64,000 bases of DNA from Eledone cirrhosa. Lineage: Eukaryota. Of the stretch, positions 55,428-64,000 are shown piece after piece. Below the pieces are notes generated by a model that saw nothing but the letters and a program-made list of their open reading frames with translations, had not been told where the DNA came from and searched no databases. Positions within the stretch are counted from its first letter, which is position 1; each line of letters starts with the position of its first letter. The stretch spans positions 220,906,001-220,970,000 of the forward strand of contig OZ024743.1 in assembly GCA_964016885.1 (NCBI GenBank), written 5' to 3'. The position numbers and the translations under genes were made by a program.

Positions 55428-55626
55428 AGGTATGAACCCGACGGCAGAGCTCAAGCCGTTTCGACGGCTATTTCAGGACAGCTATTTCATATCCTGAAAT
55501 AGCCGTCGAAACGGCTTGTGCTCTGCCGTCGAGGTCATACCTTTTCCTATCACCCACTCTACTACCTTAAGTATTGAGTACTCCGGTGCGTTATGGTCCA
55601 CCTGGTTCCTTACCACAATTCCCTCG

Positions 55627-55628
<2 letters not shown>
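55424..55628 (+). mobile_element. Family A fold-back element, copy 6
   Basis: Hairpin with centre ttcaggacagctatttcatatcctgaa plus tail; (TA)n flanks. Confidence 0.82.
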
Positions 55629-55674
<46 letters not shown>

Positions 55675-55783
55675 CTGTGTATATATATTTATATATGTAA
55701 GGATATATATATATATGTGTGTGTGTGTGTATATATTTATATATATATGTATATATATATGTATATATGTATATATTTATATT

Positions 55784-55823
<40 letters not shown>

Positions 55824-55844
55824 TATATATATATACATATATAC

Positions 55845-55877
<33 letters not shown>

Positions 55878-56425
55878 AGTCCCAGGTTTATTTAGGGGTT
55901 ACTACAGTTTGTAAAGTACCCATACATTAGTAGAGTGTAAACATCAAGCTTAATAAAGAATGTGAACCTTGACCTTTATCTGTGTCGTAGTACTATTGTG
56001 TATATATCTAAAACTAGTTTTTTTTTCCAAATAATCCTTGATCTTTATAGCCCCTTGCCTTTCCATGTAAGAACATTCCCTGTAGATTATATGATATCGA
56101 AGAGAGACTCTCCTAACCACATGGGAGTATATGTGCTTAATATTTTTTTTTTCTTAAAACAATTAATATAAACATTATAAAGATTCCGATTATATGTTTA
56201 TTCAAACGAAATGAAAAATATTGATTGCTGTTATCTTTACTTGATTTAACGAAACATAAGATGTAAAGATCAGATTTAAGAATTCATCAATAATAATGTA
56301 AAATTGTCTCTATTTCCAGAGAATAGCTATTTATTACGGGCTCGTTATTTTACCTCCAACGCTAAAATCAGATCAACCTATTGTGTTTAATCATGAGCTC
56401 TCAAACAGTGATTATATATGAAATA

Positions 56426-56618
56426 TACGAGGATCAGCAGAAAAGTTCAATGGCTGACTACGAAGGATTGATTTTAGAGCTGTGAAATCATGCAAGCATT
56501 AATTTCATCTCTTCTTTTTAATAACTGCATTGTTTCTCTCCAGGGACTATGTTGAAAAATAAAATTCATTTGGTCATTCCATGAGAGTATCTTGGTTAGC
56601 CTATGAACTTTCACCCTA
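56426..56618. mobile_element. Possible Tc1/mariner-type MITE remnant
   Basis: TA-CGAGG...gaaaagttcaatggctgac at left; imperfect inverted gttagcctatgaactttc at right. Confidence 0.4.
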
Positions 56619-56857
56619 TCAGGTTTTCATTTGCCCCATCGTAACAAATTACCTACAGTTAATCAGACTCATTAACTGCTTAATGAACACAACCACAAGG
56701 ATATTATGATACATAATTACTTTTAATCCACCAAGTACTGTCAATTAAATCAGTAACGCCCAATTGGTCAATTTGCTAATCAATGCATCCTATGTATGTG
56801 TATATATATTTGTGTGTGTGTGTGTGTGTGTGTCTGCGTGCGTGCGTGCGTGCGTGC

Positions 56858-56942
<85 letters not shown>

Positions 56943-57173
56943 TGTGTTTGTGTGTGTGTGTGTGCGTGTGTGTGAGAGAGATGTTTTTCATCCAATAGGA
57001 AAGACGACCCCACGAACCAGAAACACACACACACACACAATACATATATATATATATTTATATTTATATATATATACACAAACGCACATCTATATATGTA
57101 TATATATATATATGTATATATATTTATATTTATATATATTTATATTTATATATATTTATAAATATATATATTT

Positions 57174-59381
57174 ATAATAATAAATTTGAAGACTAAAATC
57201 CAAAGAGAGCTCGATAAGGATAAATATATATCAAATATATAAGAACCGTAGAGCAAATATTTATTAAAATAACATTAAAGTTTAAGCAAAGAATCGCTGC
57301 TTTCGCCCTTAACGGGATCTTCTGAAACTAACAAAGTCAATCTGTAAACGCAGAAGTGGATATTTCAAAAAACGTTGCAACCGGAGGAAGACAGGAAGAC
57401 GATACTTTGGTTCGTGGAAACGTTCCCTGGCAAAGAACGGCAAAAAACGAATATAATACGAGCAGTGTTCAGGCTTTCCCGTCTATCTACTAACGAGCAT
57501 ATTTTCAACGACCATTCCACTTATTACAATGAAGCTCTTGCTCGGAGTGGATTTGTCGATAAGGTAGCATATACAGAGTACGAAAATAGACCTAGAAGAA
57601 ATAGATCCCGTCGCATTTGTTGGTATAACCCACCATATAATATGGAGGTGGCCACACCATTAGCTAAGATCTTTCTTTCCCTTATTACGAAGCATTTTCC
57701 CCCTACACATAAATATAGTAAAATTTTTAATAGAAATACTATTAAAATGTCTTACTCTACGACTCCTAACCTTGTACATAACATCACAGCTTCAAATTTA
57801 GTTAAACTACCTAGCCGTAGGAACACGTGCAACGCTGTAGTTAGTACTAACTGTATTGTAGGAATCGGGTTGATTGGCCCCTATCCGGGAAATGCCTCTC
57901 TAGTAACATTGTCTACAAATGTAAGGTTGAAACACCCACGTCCCGTAGGGCCTACATAGAGTTAACCGCCAATAGATTCAAGCAGCGTCTTTACATGCAT
58001 ACCCATTCTTTTCGTTAACCTCTAAGAAAAAATATGACGTCACTTTCAGCTTATATCTGGAGTCTAAAAGACAACAACACCAAATATAAGTTACACTGGG
58101 AGACCCTAGCTAGCGCTAGATCGTATAACGGAAATAAAAGACCATGTGACCTCTGCGCCGCTGAGGCCCTGGAAATACTCTACGCCACAGACCACATCTT
58201 AAACAAAAACCTGAGGCAATTTCGGCTTGGAAACATAAATTGCATAAAACTTTCCTGTATTACAGCCCCACGTTTTACCCTAACGGATAGTACGATCTTT
58301 ACGTGGATATTTTACGTCTTGATGTGGTAGCTAAGTATATGTTTTGTTTATACCATTACTTATTTGCATAGGTAAGTATATATTACCTGTATGTTTTGTG
58401 AAGGTACGTATACCTTCTCGTACGTATATTTGATTGTATATGTTATGGCGTATAATTTTATATTCTCTGGTACATATGGTTTGGTTATGTGTATACGGGT
58501 GTTTTGCGTCTGTGTGAGTATGTAGGTTCGTACGTATGTAGGGTGTGTGTATATATCTACTTCATGTTTTGGTTGACTTACGTCTCCGAAAATTTGTGTA
58601 TTTACATGTAGGCATGTGTGTGCGCTTGTTATATACGTATTTATTTATTTATATACGTTTATTTAATTATTTATTTATTCGTATACACGCATACACACAC
58701 ACACATATTTATATGTGCGTGGTTTTGTATACCTATGGTAAGTGTTTTCGCGTATGCTTGTGTTTGTACGTATTTGTATGCGTGTATGTATTTATTTAAT
58801 TTCTATTACCTCTGTATTGTATTTATTTACTTTGTTCTTAACTCTGAAGCGGAGATTCTTTCGGTCTCCTAGTTAGAATTTTAGTCTACGACTTCTTCTA
58901 TACCTTTTACGTGGTTTTGTCTTTGCGTGCAATTGTTCTCCACGCTCCCCATAGGACGTATTATCTTCGTTTTTTGGGTTCATTGCCAGAGAACGTCTCT
59001 ATGAACCACCTAAGAGAACATTAGTCTACCACCTCTTTTATACCATAAACGTGGTTCTGTCTTTGCGCGTAATTGTTTTTCACCGCTCGTATTATATTCG
59101 TTTTTTCCCGTTCTTTGCCAGGGAACGATTCCACGAATCAAAGTATCGTCTTCCTGTCTTCCTCCGATTGCAACGTTTTTTGAAATATCCACTTCTGCGT
59201 TTACAGATTGACTTTGTTAGTTTCGGAAGATCCCGTTAAGGGTGAAATCAGCGATTCTTTGCTTAAACTTTAATCTGTTATTTTAATAATTATTTGCTCT
59301 ATGGTTCTTATATATTTGATATATATTTATCCTTATCGAGCCCTCTTTGGATTTTAGTCTTCAAATTTATTATTATTACTA
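57174..59381 (+). mobile_element. 5'-truncated Penelope-like element with an inverted pseudo-LTR copy at its 5' end, in (TA)n
   Basis: Inverted repeats 57174-57467 and 59081-59376; PLE coding remnant between; HHR-like motifs at 57279-57329 (-) and 59219-59269 (+). Confidence 0.9.
57468..58245 (+). pseudogene. PLE RT-thumb, Cys linker and GIY-YIG endonuclease remnant
   Basis: RLSRLS...YYNEAL...WYNPPY...KHFP...KIFNRNTIKMSYS; after a frameshift C-CRNRVDWPLSGKCLSSNIVYKC...YIELTANRFKQR...H..SF; LSAYIWSLK...W...CDLC...LN. Confidence 0.92.
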
Positions 59382-59412
59382 TTTATATATATATATACAC
59401 ACACACACACAC

Positions 59413-59443
<31 letters not shown>

Positions 59444-59474
59444 TTTATAGTTATACACACACACACATACACAC

Positions 59475-59618
<144 letters not shown>

Positions 59619-59697
59619 CTATTCATTGCCGCCTATTATTCGAAATTCTAGTTTTGAAATATACACTAAAAATGTTTATGAATCAAGAACATATACA

Positions 59698-59758
<61 letters not shown>

Positions 59759-59836
59759 CACACAAACACACAGATACACACACACAGTTATAAATATATA
59801 TATATATACATATATATATATATTATATATATATAT

Positions 59837-59867
<31 letters not shown>

Positions 59868-59947
59868 GATATGAAACAAAATATATATATAAATATATAT
59901 ATATATACACACACACATATATATATATGTACATATATATATACATA

Positions 59948-60086
<139 letters not shown>

Positions 60087-60104
60087 ATGTATATATATGT
60101 ATAT

Positions 60105-60507
60105 ATAAATTAATAAAATAATTAATAAACAAAGAAACAGTTCCTTATATTAAAAAAATTCATCATTTTACGATCGTTTCTAGGATATATATGTGTTAGA
60201 GTTGGTTTGCATATTCTATAGATCTATGTACAATATTTATACAAACTATCAGAGGGAATATACATACCTACACATATATATGCTGTCTTCAGAAATAATC
60301 CTTATTTAATCATTATATCTGAAGACAGCATATATATGTGTAGGTATGTATATTCCCTCTGATAGTTTGTATAAATATTGTACATAGATCTATAGAATAT
60401 GCATACCAACTCTAACACATATATATCCTAGAAACGATCGTAAAATGATGAATTTTTTTTAATATGAGGAACTGTTTCTTTGTTTATTCATTATTTTATT
60501 AATTTAT
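60105..60507. repeat. ~400-bp palindrome made of two divergent hammerhead-bearing arms
   Basis: Arms 60105-60293 and 60318-60507 are near-perfect reverse complements, with a ~24-bp spacer. Confidence 0.93.
60162..60299 (-). ncRNA. Type I hammerhead with ~105-nt stem II domain (mirror copy 60312-60449 on +)
   Basis: attattt CTGAAGA cagc-atatatatgtgt...acacatatatat-ccta GAAAC gatc GTA aaatgat; 7-bp stem I, palindromic stem III. Confidence 0.65.
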
Positions 60508-60642
60508 CTTGACTCTGTTTTCCGTTTATTTATCACCGAAAGTAGTTTTTGAATGCATCTACTCTTTTCATGATATCCGGATTACATTGAGTTCTTCATA
60601 CGGATTGGACACTACCGTAAACTTTTGGTAGATTTATCTACA

Positions 60643-60683
<41 letters not shown>

Positions 60684-60685
<2 letters not shown>

Positions 60686-60872
60686 CGAAGGAAATGTGGT
60701 AAGGAACCAGGTGGTCCATAACGCACCAAAGTACTCAATACTTAGGGTAGTAGAGTGGGTAATAGGAACCAGTAAGACCCCGACGGCTGAGCTCAAGCCG
60801 TTTCGACGGCTAATACTGGACAGTACTAGCCGTCGAAACGGCTTGAGCTCAGCCGCCGGGGTCTTACTGGTT

Positions 60873-60876
<4 letters not shown>
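60684..60876 (-). mobile_element. Family A fold-back element, copy 7
   Basis: Hairpin centre ctaatactggacagtactag; both arms share the copy-specific accagtaag variant. Confidence 0.85.
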
Positions 60877-60935
<59 letters not shown>

Positions 60936-61249
60936 GTATATGTATTATAAATACATATACGAAGAACTTTAATATTCTGATTGTTATTTGATTCCCTCGT
61001 ATATTCCCACAATACGATTTCCAACTGAAGAAATGCCTTCTCACGCATTAGTTGCATGGCAAATTCTATTTAAAATTTAAAGCATCGACATTAGTTGTTA
61101 TTGAAACATATTTTCGTCGTCTCACTGAAATCGTGATAAATTCAATGGTTTCAACAAGATTTCATAGGTAAACAGTTTCTATTCTGATATATTATTTTGA
61201 ATATATGAATATATGTGAATATGTCTAGAAGTACAACACCAGTAAACAG

Positions 61250-63069
<1,820 letters not shown>

Positions 63070-63313
63070 TATAAGGGAGAGGATTAGGAGTGTGTAACAC
63101 TCCACTTATCCAATATTATTTTTCAATGTTTATTTTTTATTTCTTCAATGTTTATTTTTTACTTTTTACTATTCTTTATCCTCCAATTTTATTTTCTACA
63201 CTATCTCACTCTATTCACTCTACTCTTTAAACTCCTCCCAACTTATGGCATCCCCATATATATTCTTCTGTCTTGGCTTTGTTAATGCTTGTGTAATACG
63301 TACTCACTCTTTA

Positions 63314-63359
63314 TGCTCTGATGAGTCCCACTTATAGTGTGGACGAAACACTGTTAGCA
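63314..63359 (+). ncRNA. Minimal type I hammerhead ribozyme in a (TA)n-flanked island (~63067-63405)
   Basis: tgct CTGATGA gtcc-cac-ttata-gtg-t-ggac GAAAC act GTT agca; canonical G-C at the base of stem II. Confidence 0.8.
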
Positions 63360-63401
63360 ATTAAAGATATACCTATGTTCTAAGCGTTCTTTGTTGTTAA
63401 T

Positions 63402-63879
<478 letters not shown>

Positions 63880-64000
63880 TAGAAAATAGAATTCGCTTTC
63901 ACCGTATTTTTTGACTAAAGAAATTTTAGTTTGATAATGGGGTTTAGAACCCTCAGATAAATAGAAAATAGATGAGTTTTGACGTACATTTCTTTAGTAA

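Noticed and set aside
57375-57467. N-terminus of the 194-aa ORF
   Set aside because: Read-through from the inverted pseudo-LTR; PLE homology begins only at about RLSRLS.

Overview
This is an AT-rich, microsatellite-saturated eukaryotic window, intronic or intergenic. The SINE families and repeat style suggest an octopus/cephalopod genome (inference). I can support no intact host gene, and almost all ORF-track entries are translations of (TA)n/(CA)n/(GA)n. The recognisable content is mobile DNA: two decayed Penelope-like retroelements (PLEs; RT plus C-terminal GIY-YIG), RTE, Tx1-like and R4/Dong-like LINE fragments, tRNA-derived SINEs, and two copies of a non-autonomous Helitron. The main hidden signal, read by hand, is about 20 type I hammerhead ribozyme (HHR) motifs from roughly a dozen sequence families. 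Nearly all sit in short non-coding elements inserted into (TA)n tracts. These include a ~504-nt tandem retrozyme-like unit that carries its own (TA)n landing pad, and a 312-nt retrozyme-like unit nested inside that pad. There is also a seven-copy family of fold-back half-ribozyme elements, a solo insertion ending at the predicted cleavage site, a shared TTGAGT(A/G)C motif near the 3' ends, and a Helitron carrying a PLE hammerhead. All structures were folded by eye, coordinates may be off by a few bases, and no activity is shown.
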